Source: an uncultured delta proteobacterium
GTDB lineage: Bacteria > Myxococcota_A > Polyangia > Polyangiales > Polyangiaceae
Length of the DNA stretch: 64,000 nt
Reading direction: 5' to 3'
NCBI GenBank assembly: GCA_963716725.1
Contig: CAVQUB010000005.1
Span: 512,001 to 576,000 of the forward strand
Below, in pieces: positions 29,348 to 38,824 of the stretch; position 1 is the first letter of the stretch, and each line of letters opens with the position of its first letter. A program made the translations under genes and the position numbers. The notes beneath the pieces were generated by a model, which saw only the letters and a list, made by a program, of their open reading frames with translations, had not been told where the DNA came from and searched no databases.

Positions 29348-30836
29348 GGGCCTCTTCCGTGCTCGAGGTTGCGACGGGCAGTCGCCGGTGCTCTTCGGAG
29401 CCGAGCGTAGCGATGCCCGCCGGATGTTCGTAGAACGCCAAGAGCACCGTGCTGCGCGGCGCGCGGAAGAGCTGCCGCAGAGGCGCGATGCTTCCGAAGG
29501 CCCAGCCGTTCACCACCGCGCGCCGACGCTCCAGCCCGAGCCCGCAGAACGATCGCAGGGTGCGCACGCGAACCCAAAACCGGAACACGCTCATGCCGAT
29601 GGCGTAGAGCGTGCGCACGCGGGTCGGCAGGGCGCCGATCTGTCCCGCGAGGAACCGCGCAGAATCCCGCACGGCTTCGCGGTCGCTGCCAGCGGGCAAG
29701 ATCGCTTCGGCGAGCGCGAGGTCGAACTCGGTGCAGTCAGGAGCTTTCTCGGCCGCGCCGAGCTGCGCGATGATCCGCATCGGCACGCCCCGAATCGGTT
29801 CGACGCCGCCAGAACGCCGCGCCGCACGCGCCAACGCGGCCGTGGCGCCGACCTCGACGCCGTACCAGAGCATGGCGCCCGCGCCCCAGAGTGTGGCCGG
29901 CGCGAAGAAGGCGATGTGAACCAGCACTGCGTAGGCGAGCGCAACCTCGGCGCCCACGCCTTGGGCCATCAGGGCCTGCGAACAGAAGAAGTGGAAGGGC
30001 CCAACGAAGCCCGGCGTCGAGGGCACCAGGATGCCCAAGTTCGTCACGCTCATGGCGATGACCGCGGTGCCGAGATCGAGCTTCAGCCCCAGGGCGGGCA
30101 ACACCGCCGCGAACATGCCCGCCTCGCAAAGCCAGACCACGACGCTGAGCAGGCCGATCACCAGCGCATCGAGGGGACGGCGCAGGCTGGCCGCCCCGTT
30201 GACGACGCTGGTGATGAGCCCGACGCCGGTGTCGTGCGCCCGACGGCCGAGCGGTTGCGACATGCGCGAGGCCAGCGCGCTGAGCGCAGCCGGGAAGAAC
30301 ACCGCCAGCGCCAACCCGCAGAGAGCGAGTCCGAAGACCAGCGCGCCCACTCGCGCGAGATCCGCGATCCAGCCCGCGGTGTGCGTGGCCCAGGTCGCGC
30401 CGATCAGCAGAAACAAGATCGCTACGCCGTCGACCAATCGCTCGATGAAGGTGACGGTCAGCGCTTGCGTCAACGGAATGCCCGTGCGCTCCGCGAGCAT
30501 GCCCGCGCGCACCAGCTCACCGAGCCGAGCGGGCAGCACGTTGTTGCTGGCGTAGCCGACCACCACGACATTGGTCGCCGTCGTGACCGGTAGCCCTGCC
30601 TCGCCCCGCACCAGGTACCTGAGCCGCGCTCCGCGCACGAAGTGCCCGATCACGTACGCGAGCATGGCCAGCGGGATCCACGGCAACGGTTTCGCCGTGC
30701 GCCAGGTGTCGCGCACGCTCCCGAGGTCGATGTGGCGCACCGCGACCCACAGGAACACCGCGCTCACGCCGGCTCCCACCACGGTGACCCATCTCCGCGG
30801 CGACCGAGAAGACATCTTCGCGCCCGGTGTTCGCAT
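29340..30836 (-). CDS. LPG-synthase-TM (UPF0104, flippase-like) protein fused to a C-terminal soluble domain
   Basis: NNVLPARLGELVRA, ERLVD and VPSTPGFVGPF family motifs, plus a C-terminal extension ending TVLLAFYEHP. Confidence 0.85.
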   Translation of the reverse strand: MRTPGAKMSSRSPRRWVTVVGAGVSAVFLWVAVRHIDLGSVRDTWRTAKPLPWIPLAMLAYVIGHFVRGARLRYLVRGEAGLPVTTATNVVVVGYASNNVLPARLGELVRAGMLAERTGIPLTQALTVTFIERLVDGVAILFLLIGATWATHTAGWIADLARVGALVFGLALCGLALAVFFPAALSALASRMSQPLGRRAHDTGVGLITSVVNGAASLRRPLDALVIGLLSVVVWLCEAGMFAAVLPALGLKLDLGTAVIAMSVTNLGILVPSTPGFVGPFHFFCSQALMAQGVGAEVALAYAVLVHIAFFAPATLWGAGAMLWYGVEVGATAALARAARRSGGVEPIRGVPMRIIAQLGAAEKAPDCTEFDLALAEAILPAGSDREAVRDSARFLAGQIGALPTRVRTLYAIGMSVFRFWVRVRTLRSFCGLGLERRRAVVNGWAFGSIAPLRQLFRAPRSTVLLAFYEHPAGIATLGSEEHRRLPVATSSTEEAHG

Positions 30837-30977
30837 GAAAGCCCCGGGCCGTCCACGAGTCCCCGATCCGAGCGAGCTGCCCCCCTTCGCCCGGCGCTCG
30901 GCGCGGCGACAATGGGGCGCCCATGCCGCGCCTCACGGCGGGCGATTCCCCCCAAACCCTCGCCTCACTGCGGGAGA

Positions 30978-32990
30978 TCAGAGCTTGAAGTCCGCCGCGA
31001 GCGCGGCGTTTTCGGCCGTGTCGGCGCCCTTCTTCAGCAGCACGAAGTCGCCCGCCCGCTTCACCACACCGTAGCGGTTTTCCTTGACGGCCGCGGTGAA
31101 GAGCTTGCGCGTGTCCTCGAAGTCGAGCTCGGTCTTCGAGGCCAAGATGTAGTCGGCGTCATAGAGGCCCCGCCGCATGGCGTACATCTGCGTCCGGGAC
31201 GAGACGTGGGGGCCCACGTTCTCGCTGGCGACCACCGAGGCGTCCTTCGGCAGCGCAGCGATCACGCTCCGGAGCTCGGCGTAGCGTTGCCGCTCGGCGT
31301 CGCTGTAGCTGAAGTCGATGTGGAAATAGACCCCGCGCACGCTATCGGCGCGGCGCGCGAAGGCGCCAAAGTTGTAGCTGAGCGCGGCGCTCGCAACTCC
31401 CAAGGCGACGACGGCGCCGCGCATTCGCGAAGCGCCGTCGGGGTCGGTCTTGGCGATGGCCGCCAGCGCCAGGGGCACCGCCAAGAACAGATACGGGATC
31501 CAGTGCGCGGTGTACTGGAACGAAAACCCGAAGATCGGCTTGTAGTCGGTGACGAAGAGCGTGAGGGCCGTGCCGGGAATGAACGCCGCCCACAGGTACC
31601 AGCGCCGCGCCGGCAACAAGATGATGGGCACCAGGAGGTGCAACACGTAGTGCAGCTTGTCCTTCCTGAGGATCTCGTTCAGCACGTACAGGGGATTGGA
31701 CAGCGCGGTCTTGAGCACGCTGCTGTAGCCCTCTTCTCCCGGGGCCCACAGGCCCTTGTACATGCCCGGGAACCACCAGCTGCCCGCCCGATCCATCATC
31801 GCCCGCAGAACCAGGAACCAGCCCAACGAGACCACCGCCATCAGCGTTCCCGCGACGGGGCGGTGACCGGTGAGCAGCAAGAAGACGCCACCGACGGCGA
31901 GCCCGATGGGCACGTCTTCGCGCATGATGAGCGCAGCAACGAAGGCAAACCCAAACACGACCCACTTCTTGCGCTCGGCGGCCCAGAAGGTCGCGAGCAC
32001 GAAGAAGATCGAATACGACAGGTACTTCGACTCGACGAAGTTCGAGCAGTGCAGCGGGTAGTAGGCGAGGTAGGCGAGGGCGACGGCGACGGCGGCCCAG
32101 TCCGAGATGTGGCGTCGAGCGAAGCCGAAGAGCGGCAGCGCGCCCGCACCGAGCAACACGCCCTGGATCACCATCAGCGTCTCCGGCCGAGGCACCAGGG
32201 CGTAGATGGGCAAGATCACGTACTGCCCGAGCTTGGCGTGGGTCGCCAGGTACGCGCCCGGAGCGTCGCCGTGCGTGACGGTGCTTTCCATGTGCGCGCC
32301 GTGCATTGCGCGGAAGATCAAGTTGTTGTCGATGGCCAGATCGAAGTTGTGCGTCATGAGCTTGTGGTGCCATCTGACGCTGTAGAAGCTCATGAACGCG
32401 GCGTAGCCGACCACCGCGAGCAACACGACGGCCAAGGGGCCGTATTTCTGCCACCAGCCCGGAACTCTGTCTCGGAGTCGCGCCAGTCGTTCGTTGAAAG
32501 CTTCCGGGATCTCACGGAGCGATCGCGTGACCAACACCTCGGTGGCAAAGGCGAGGCCCAGCACCAAGGGCAGCAAGATATCGTGCCGGTTGATCCAGGG
32601 TTTGGCGCGGAACACCTGGGGCAAGAAGGGTAGGAGCATCAGTGGCGAGGCGATCCAGAGTGCGCGCTCGATGCCCGCCGCGGGCCAGCGCTTGAACCGC
32701 GCGGCGATCAGCCATCCGACGCCGAGCAGCGCCCCGCCGACTCCCGAGCCGAGGGTCCAGCGGATCAGGCTCATGCGTCGCGCCATGTCGAGCTGGTTGG
32801 CCGACAGGAAGGGGGACACCCATCCGCCGCCGAAGCTGAACACGACCCAGGTGGCGACGGCCGCGCCGAGCAAGAATGACAGCGCCACGATGCGCGCCGC
32901 CCGCGCGAAGCCCTCGGAGAAGACGCGGCGGCGCTCCGCCTTGTCGGGCTCGACGGGGGCGGAGGGAGGGGCGGTGGGTGCTAGGGACAT
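30978..32990 (-). CDS. DUF2079-like polytopic membrane protein (predicted GT-C)
   Basis: THNFDLAIDNN, YALVPRPETLMVIQ, IMREDVP and FQYTAH motifs. Confidence 0.8.
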   Translation of the reverse strand: MSLAPTAPPSAPVEPDKAERRRVFSEGFARAARIVALSFLLGAAVATWVVFSFGGGWVSPFLSANQLDMARRMSLIRWTLGSGVGGALLGVGWLIAARFKRWPAAGIERALWIASPLMLLPFLPQVFRAKPWINRHDILLPLVLGLAFATEVLVTRSLREIPEAFNERLARLRDRVPGWWQKYGPLAVVLLAVVGYAAFMSFYSVRWHHKLMTHNFDLAIDNNLIFRAMHGAHMESTVTHGDAPGAYLATHAKLGQYVILPIYALVPRPETLMVIQGVLLGAGALPLFGFARRHISDWAAVAVALAYLAYYPLHCSNFVESKYLSYSIFFVLATFWAAERKKWVVFGFAFVAALIMREDVPIGLAVGGVFLLLTGHRPVAGTLMAVVSLGWFLVLRAMMDRAGSWWFPGMYKGLWAPGEEGYSSVLKTALSNPLYVLNEILRKDKLHYVLHLLVPIILLPARRWYLWAAFIPGTALTLFVTDYKPIFGFSFQYTAHWIPYLFLAVPLALAAIAKTDPDGASRMRGAVVALGVASAALSYNFGAFARRADSVRGVYFHIDFSYSDAERQRYAELRSVIAALPKDASVVASENVGPHVSSRTQMYAMRRGLYDADYILASKTELDFEDTRKLFTAAVKENRYGVVKRAGDFVLLKKGADTAENAALAADFKL

Positions 32991-34645
32991 TGGGCGGTTC
33001 CGCGGCGCAGCCAAGGAGTCGCCGCGCGGCCGTCCTTGGCGTGGATTGTGGGCATCTCACAGTAGTGGTCTTTTAGGTGAGCGACCAATTCCGGCACGCT
33101 GTGCAGGGACACACCCTTCAGGTTCTTGGGCATGTCGAGCACGACGCCAGGCTTGCTTTCCGTCAGATCGGCGATCAGCTGTTCTCTTGCCCGTGGGGCC
33201 ACGGCTGCGGCCGAGGGCGGGCGCCAGGACCGATCCGGGACCACTCCAGCGACCATGGTGAGATAGACGAAGCGCGTGGCGGGCGGGCGCCGACAGGTGA
33301 CGTAGACGTCCCCGTCGAATCCCCAGACGAAGATCGGTGATCCCGGTTGGGAGTTCTGGTCCAGGTAGTCGCAGATCGGCTCGGGCAAGACCCCGGACCA
33401 ACCGCCACGATCGCGCGCTTCTCGCAGTCCGCGCATCAGGCGGTCTTGCGCGAACAGCGTCATCAGGAACACAAAAATGATGGCCGTCGCGCTGGCTGCC
33501 ACCAGTGCCCAGCGGCTGCCGCCCGCCCCCGCCATCGCCCGCTCCATGCCGATGCCGACCAGCAGCGCCGCGAAGGGGAATAGGGGGACGAAGTAGTGGT
33601 AGAAGAAGCGCATCGGTGCGAGGGCTCCGACCAGCGTCACGACGGTGAGCAGCGCCACGCTGATCTCGAAACCGCCAGCGCTGATCAGGCTCACGAGGCT
33701 GCGATCTGTCTTGCCAAAGGCAGCGATCCGGGCGCACACCGCGGTGGCAACTGCGAGCCCGAGCGCGAGCAAGGCGTAGTTGCGGTGATCGAACAAGGGA
33801 TCGAAGGCCGTCCGCAGCGAGTCGTCGCGATGCGGGCCCATGTACACCTGCGCGTTGTACACGTAGTACCAGTACCAGAAGGCTCCCAGCCCGCGGCTCA
33901 GTGCGTAGCGGAGGATGACGAGCGCAAACGGCACCACGAAGCCCAGCACCAGAGCGGCGACGAGCCACCAGCGCCGCCGCGCGCCCTCCCTGCGTTCGCT
34001 CAGCGCAGTGGCGAGAGTCCACAACCCCAGCGGAGCCACGGAGAGCAGCGCGGTCTGCTTGGCGAGCCCGCTCATCGCGGCCAGGCAGCCGGCCGCAAAC
34101 AGCAGCCCGGCGCGGGTGCCGAGGCGTTCCGCTCGCATCAACGCGACTGTGGTCAGCGCCAGCGCGCCCACTGTGAGAGGCGTCGAGACTTGTTCTCCCC
34201 CGACCCCGAACACCGCGGAGATCTCGTAGACGCTGACGAGCCAGACGTAGACCAACACGGCGATGGCCGCCGCCACTCGCTGCCGAGCTGCCACCGCCGC
34301 GGCGAAGATCGACAGCAGCGTCGCCACCGACAGCAGGTTGGCCAAGTGCCGCGCGCTGCTCCACTCGAAGCGACCGAAGACGGACTGGGAAATTGCGTGC
34401 GCCCAATAGAGGAGGGGGCCGCGGTGACTGACACCATCGACGTATGGCAGCCAGGCCTTGTCGATGATGCGTTCCGCGAGCGCGACGGTGTAGCCGTCGT
34501 CGAAAGCGACCGGGCTGGGGTGTTTCAGGAAGAAGCGCAGCGGCGCCCACAGCAACACGATGGCCGCCACCAGCGCTGGCAACGACAGCCATGTCCCGAA
34601 GGGAACTCGGCGAATGCCGCGGAGGAACCGCTCGCGAAGCATCAC
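32981..34645 (-). CDS. GT39/ArnT-like membrane glycosyltransferase
   Basis: FDDGYT, LPYVDGVSHRGP, AKQT, HYFVPLFP and IFVWG motifs, multiple TMs. Confidence 0.8.
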   Translation of the reverse strand: MMLRERFLRGIRRVPFGTWLSLPALVAAIVLLWAPLRFFLKHPSPVAFDDGYTVALAERIIDKAWLPYVDGVSHRGPLLYWAHAISQSVFGRFEWSSARHLANLLSVATLLSIFAAAVAARQRVAAAIAVLVYVWLVSVYEISAVFGVGGEQVSTPLTVGALALTTVALMRAERLGTRAGLLFAAGCLAAMSGLAKQTALLSVAPLGLWTLATALSERREGARRRWWLVAALVLGFVVPFALVILRYALSRGLGAFWYWYYVYNAQVYMGPHRDDSLRTAFDPLFDHRNYALLALGLAVATAVCARIAAFGKTDRSLVSLISAGGFEISVALLTVVTLVGALAPMRFFYHYFVPLFPFAALLVGIGMERAMAGAGGSRWALVAASATAIIFVFLMTLFAQDRLMRGLREARDRGGWSGVLPEPICDYLDQNSQPGSPIFVWGFDGDVYVTCRRPPATRFVYLTMVAGVVPDRSWRPPSAAAVAPRAREQLIADLTESKPGVVLDMPKNLKGVSLHSVPELVAHLKDHYCEMPTIHAKDGRAATPWLRRGTAQCP

Positions 34646-36312
34646 GGACTCGGCGCGGCGCAGTTCGTGAGATCCCGGCGGACCCAGACCTCGGCCTTAC
34701 GCCCGGTGGCGCTCGTTGCGGCGGGGGCGCTGCAATAGTTCTGATCCAGCCACTTTCCCAACTCAGGGACGGTGCGGATGCCGACATTGCGCATCGTACC
34801 GGGTGAGTCGAGCACGACCGAGGGCTTGCTCGATTCCAGGTCCTCCAGGACGTGGCGTCGTGCATCACGTGCTTCGCGCTCCGGACGAATGTCGTTCCAG
34901 AAGGGCGGTACCGTGCCCGCAACCAGCGTGAGGTACGTGAAGCGCGTGGCTGGGTGCCGCTTGCAGGTCACGTAGTAGTCCCCGTCGAAGCCCCAGATGA
35001 ACACCTTGTCCTGCGGCGTGCCGTACTTGTCGAAGACGTCGCAGATCGGCTCGGGCAGGGCCGCCCTGCGCTTGCCCGACTTGCGGGCTTCGACCAGGTC
35101 GGCCACGCGGAGCCGGGCTCCATTGGCGACCCAGCCGCTGAGCACACCGCCCAGGATCAGCGCGGCGATGAATCGCGCCCAGGGGTGTCCGTCCGAACGC
35201 TCCATGGTCGCCGCCATTTGCACGCCGGCGGCGAGGCCCAGGTAGGGAAACAGCATGACGAAGTAGGGTGGCCAGAAGCGCTGAGGGCTGGCAATTGCGG
35301 CCATCGTCACCAGCACCAAGGCGGACGACGTGACCTCGAGGCCCGCCTTCGAGTAGCCGCTGAAGAACCCACGGATCGAGGTCATGCCCGCGAAGGGGCG
35401 GGCGAGCCCCCAGCTCGAGAACAGCGCGACCGCGAAGAAGGCCCAGTATTGGCCTCTCATCCAGGGATTGAAGTCGTCCCAGAACGATCTGTCGCGGAGC
35501 GGGGCCATGTAGACCTCGCGGTTGTACGTGAAAAACCAGTACCAGAACGTGCGCAGGTGCCCGCCGATCACGTATCGGCTGAGCACCGCGACGACGACCA
35601 GCAGCAGACCGGCCAGGAAGGCCCCAACCAACGCCCAGCGCTGGCGCCGCGGGGTGTCGTCGATGCTCATCGCGCCGGCGAAGACCCACGCGAACAAGGG
35701 CACCGCGAGGGGGAACGCAGTCTGCTTGGTGAAGCCCGCGAGCGCCGTCGACGCTCCCGCCAGCGCGAGCAAGATCGCCCGGTTCCGGAGGCGGCGGGCG
35801 CTGACCAGCGCCCACGCGCAGAAGCAAAGCGCGACCATGCCGAACGCAGCCGCGATAGCCTCGCCGGTCACCGCGAAGGCGCTGTCGGCTTCGTGCGTCA
35901 CGAGCCCGAGGTAGACCCACAAGATGGAACCCAGTGCCCCCGCCAGCGGGAGCCGCGCGGCGATCCCCGTGCCCACCATCGCGAAGAGCGTGACCAACGA
36001 GGTCGCGAACATCAGGCTGCGCGGGCCCAGCCAGTTGAAGCGTCCGGTCAACTTCTCGGCCAGCGCCACCAGCCAATAGAGCATCGGCCCGCGATGGCTA
36101 CAGCCGTCGACGTAAGGCAGCCACTTGCCGTCGATGATCCGCTCAGCGAGCGCGACGGTGTAGCCGTCGTCGAAGCCGACCGCGTTCGGAAGCTTGAGGT
36201 AAAGCCAGTGCAGGTTGACCAGGATCACGAGCGCGGGAATGCTCACCAGCACAGCGGCGATCCAAGGAAGCCAGGGGCGAATCGACCTCACGGTGGGCGG
36301 GAGTATCGACAA
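34642..36312 (-). CDS. GT39/ArnT-like membrane glycosyltransferase, tandem paralog of the downstream gene
   Basis: Shares FDDGYTVALAERIID.KWLPYVDG.SHRGP and WGFDGD.YVTC.R.PATRF with 32981-34645. Start uncertain. Confidence 0.8.
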   Translation of the reverse strand: MSILPPTVRSIRPWLPWIAAVLVSIPALVILVNLHWLYLKLPNAVGFDDGYTVALAERIIDGKWLPYVDGCSHRGPMLYWLVALAEKLTGRFNWLGPRSLMFATSLVTLFAMVGTGIAARLPLAGALGSILWVYLGLVTHEADSAFAVTGEAIAAAFGMVALCFCAWALVSARRLRNRAILLALAGASTALAGFTKQTAFPLAVPLFAWVFAGAMSIDDTPRRQRWALVGAFLAGLLLVVVAVLSRYVIGGHLRTFWYWFFTYNREVYMAPLRDRSFWDDFNPWMRGQYWAFFAVALFSSWGLARPFAGMTSIRGFFSGYSKAGLEVTSSALVLVTMAAIASPQRFWPPYFVMLFPYLGLAAGVQMAATMERSDGHPWARFIAALILGGVLSGWVANGARLRVADLVEARKSGKRRAALPEPICDVFDKYGTPQDKVFIWGFDGDYYVTCKRHPATRFTYLTLVAGTVPPFWNDIRPEREARDARRHVLEDLESSKPSVVLDSPGTMRNVGIRTVPELGKWLDQNYCSAPAATSATGRKAEVWVRRDLTNCAAPSP

Positions 36313-36422
36313 CGCGCGGGGGCGAGTCCACTCCGGCAGACCGCGTGGGCGCGGGAGGGGCCAGACCGACCCTCCCGGCGGCCCGCTTTCGCGTTGGCCG
36401 CTGGGCCGCTACCCTTCGGTGC

Positions 36423-36888
36423 ATGGTGCGGGGACTCCGGTGCGGCGGCGTTCTCACTTGTCTGATCTCGTTGGCGTCATCGGCGGGGGCCACCGGCGGT
36501 GACACCTGACAAGATCGAGCTGCTCTGCGCCCTCGACGACGGCACGCTCGTCGCGCTTGACGCGGCGGGCTCATACCTGAACGACGTGCAGCCCGATCCG
36601 CCCGACGGCGGCGTCGGTGGAGCGGCCGGCGCCGGCGGAACGCCCTCGGGCGGGGGTTCGTCGGGGAGCGATGCGGGCGTGGGCGTCACGGGCGGTGCGA
36701 GCGGCGGAGTCGGCGGCAGCGGCGGAGCAGGGACTGGCGGCGGCGCCGCGGGCGGCAAAAAGGGCGACTCCGATTCGGGTGACGACGGCGGCTGCGGCTG
36801 TCGCGCGGCGGGGCGCGACGGGCCGGGCATGCTGCTGCTCGCCGGGCTGATCCTGCTCATCGGAGCACTGCGTCGACGACGAAGTTAG
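36423..36888 (+). pseudogene. Disrupted MYXO-CTERM-sorted surface protein
   Basis: Signal-like MVRGLRCGGVLTCLISLASSAGA from ATG 36423 is out of frame with the Gly-rich linker and DDGGCGC...LLLAGLILLIGALRRRRS tail. Confidence 0.6.
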
Positions 36889-36931
36889 GCGGCCGCTTGT
36901 CCGAGCGCCGGTTCGCCGGCACACTTCGCCC

Positions 36932-38080
36932 ATGTGGCGACTCCGGGCCTTCGCTCTGTCGACTGTGGTGTTTGCGCTGGCGTGCTCCGCGGCGAGCAAT
37001 GAAGGTGGGTCGGAAGGCGGCACCGGCAGCGGCGCTGCCAGCGGCAGCGGTGGCGGCGGCGGTTCGGGCAACGGCGGCGGCAGCGGCGGGCTGGTCGGCA
37101 CTGGAGCGGGCACCGGCACCGGCGGAGGCGGAGGCTTCGCGGGCAACACCTGCGCGGGCGTTTCTCAAGTTGCCGCGAACACGCTGCCCGTCGATGTGAT
37201 CTGGGCCATCGACACCTCGTGCAGCATGTCCGAAGAGACCGCGGCCGTTAAGGCCAACATGAACAAGTTCTCGCAGATCATCTCCAACGTCGGCGTCGAC
37301 GTGCGCATCGTGCTGATCGCCGAGCAGTGGGCGCCCTCGCCCTTCCCGGGCATCATCCCCGAAGAAGGCATCTGCATCGACAAGCCCTTGGGCTCGGGCC
37401 AGTGCCCGGGCGACACCAACTTCCCGAAGTACGCCCACGTCTACGAGACGGTCAACAGCAGCGACGCGCTCGTGAAGTACTTGGAGCAGTACCCGAACTA
37501 CAAGAACATGCTGCGCCCCGAGTCCGTGAAGATCTTCGCGGTGGTGACCGACGACAACTCGCAGATGCCCGCGGCCGAGTTCACCACCAAGGTGAACGCC
37601 CTCGATCCCTCGATGATCAAGCCCTCGCAGTGGCGCATGTACGGCATCTACTGCTTCAGCAAGTGCCCGAGCGCGGCCCAGCCCGGCGCGGTGTACGCCG
37701 AACTCGTCAAGCAGACGAGCGGCGTGGCGAGCGACATGTGCGCGCAGAATTTCGATCCGGTCTTCAACCAGCTCGCGCAGGGCGTGGTCGGAGCGGCGAA
37801 GCTCGATTGCGCCTGGGCGATCCCTACGCCCACCGGTGGCGAGAAGCTCAACCCCAACAAGGTGAACGTGATCTTCACGCCGGGCGGCGGCACGGGTTCG
37901 CCCATCGGCAAGGTTGGCTCCCAGGCGGATTGCGGTGCGGCTGGCGGCTGGTACTTCGACAACGATCAAGCGCCGACCAAGGTCGAGGTCTGCCCCAGCA
38001 CCTGCCAGAGCATCCAGTCGGATCCCAACGGCAAGATCGAGATCCAGTTCGGCTGCGACACGATCTACGTGCCGAAGTGA
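36932..38080 (+). CDS. VWA-domain lipoprotein
   Basis: Lipobox ALAC, MIDAS-type DTSCSM, VVTDD, C-terminal NPNKVNV...GGWYFD...CPSTC...IQFGC domain. Confidence 0.88.
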   Translation: MWRLRAFALSTVVFALACSAASNEGGSEGGTGSGAASGSGGGGGSGNGGGSGGLVGTGAGTGTGGGGGFAGNTCAGVSQVAANTLPVDVIWAIDTSCSMSEETAAVKANMNKFSQIISNVGVDVRIVLIAEQWAPSPFPGIIPEEGICIDKPLGSGQCPGDTNFPKYAHVYETVNSSDALVKYLEQYPNYKNMLRPESVKIFAVVTDDNSQMPAAEFTTKVNALDPSMIKPSQWRMYGIYCFSKCPSAAQPGAVYAELVKQTSGVASDMCAQNFDPVFNQLAQGVVGAAKLDCAWAIPTPTGGEKLNPNKVNVIFTPGGGTGSPIGKVGSQADCGAAGGWYFDNDQAPTKVEVCPSTCQSIQSDPNGKIEIQFGCDTIYVPK

Positions 38081-38097
38081 GGGCGGGCGGGCGGCGC
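38035..38097 (+). repeat. 63-bp direct repeat, copy 1 (3' end of VWA gene plus downstream bases)
   Basis: 61/63 identical to 38752-38814. Confidence 0.95.
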
Positions 38098-38123
38098 GAG
38101 AGGCGTGCTAAGATCCGGAAACG

Positions 38124-38372
38124 ATGGCTCACGCCGATCTCCTCGCCCGCATCTCAATCGACCCGAACATTTGTTTCGGCAAGCCGTGCATCCGCGGCCA
38201 CCGGATCTGGGTTGCGCTGGTCCTCGATCTCTTGGCATCCGGCCAGAGCATGGCGGACATCTTGCGGGACTACCCCGGACTCGAAGAAGCAGACCTGCTC
38301 GCCTGCATCGCTTACGGCGCGGAGACGTCGCGCGCACGCTTCGTCGATCTGCCCGTGAAACGCTCCGCGTGA
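38124..38372 (+). CDS. DUF433 family antitoxin
   Basis: RISIDPNICFGKPCIRGHRIWV...DYPGLEEADLLACIAY. Confidence 0.92.
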   Translation: MAHADLLARISIDPNICFGKPCIRGHRIWVALVLDLLASGQSMADILRDYPGLEEADLLACIAYGAETSRARFVDLPVKRSA

Positions 38373-38746
38373 GGCTCAAGCTCGACGAGAATCTGGGCCG
38401 GCGGGCGGCCGAGGCATTGGAGAGGGCCGGTCACGACGTTGCGACCGTCGTCGGCCAGCAGATGACCTCGGCCAGCGACCTCGTGCTGATCGAGGCATGC
38501 AGAGACGAAGGACGTTGCCTGCTCACCATGGACCTCGACTTCGCCAACCCCTTCCGCTTCGATCCCACCGCACGCCCAGGCATCGCAGTCCTTCGTCCGC
38601 GGGGTGCCAATTCAGTGTTGAGCATCGGCGACTTGGTGCAGACTTTCGTTCGTGCGCTGGAGCATCGTGGCGTCCACGGGCGGCTGTGGATCGTGGAGTT
38701 CGACGGAATTCGAGAGTACGCGCCCGAGTCGAAGGGGCGGGTGTGA
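38369..38746 (+). CDS. DUF5615/VapC45-like PIN toxin
   Basis: MRLKLDENL...GHDV...LLTMDLDFA. GTGA overlap with the DUF433 gene. Confidence 0.9.
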   Translation: MRLKLDENLGRRAAEALERAGHDVATVVGQQMTSASDLVLIEACRDEGRCLLTMDLDFANPFRFDPTARPGIAVLRPRGANSVLSIGDLVQTFVRALEHRGVHGRLWIVEFDGIREYAPESKGRV

Positions 38747-38751
38747 GCCTC

Positions 38752-38814
38752 GATCGAGATCCAGTTCGGCTGCGACACGATCCACGTGCCGAAGTGAGGG
38801 CGTGCGGGCGGCGC
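38752..38814 (+). repeat. 63-bp direct repeat, copy 2 (orphan VWA 3' end)
   Basis: Encodes IEIQFGCDTIHVPK-stop. Two mismatches versus copy 1. Confidence 0.95.
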
Positions 38815-38824
38815 CAGCCGCGAG

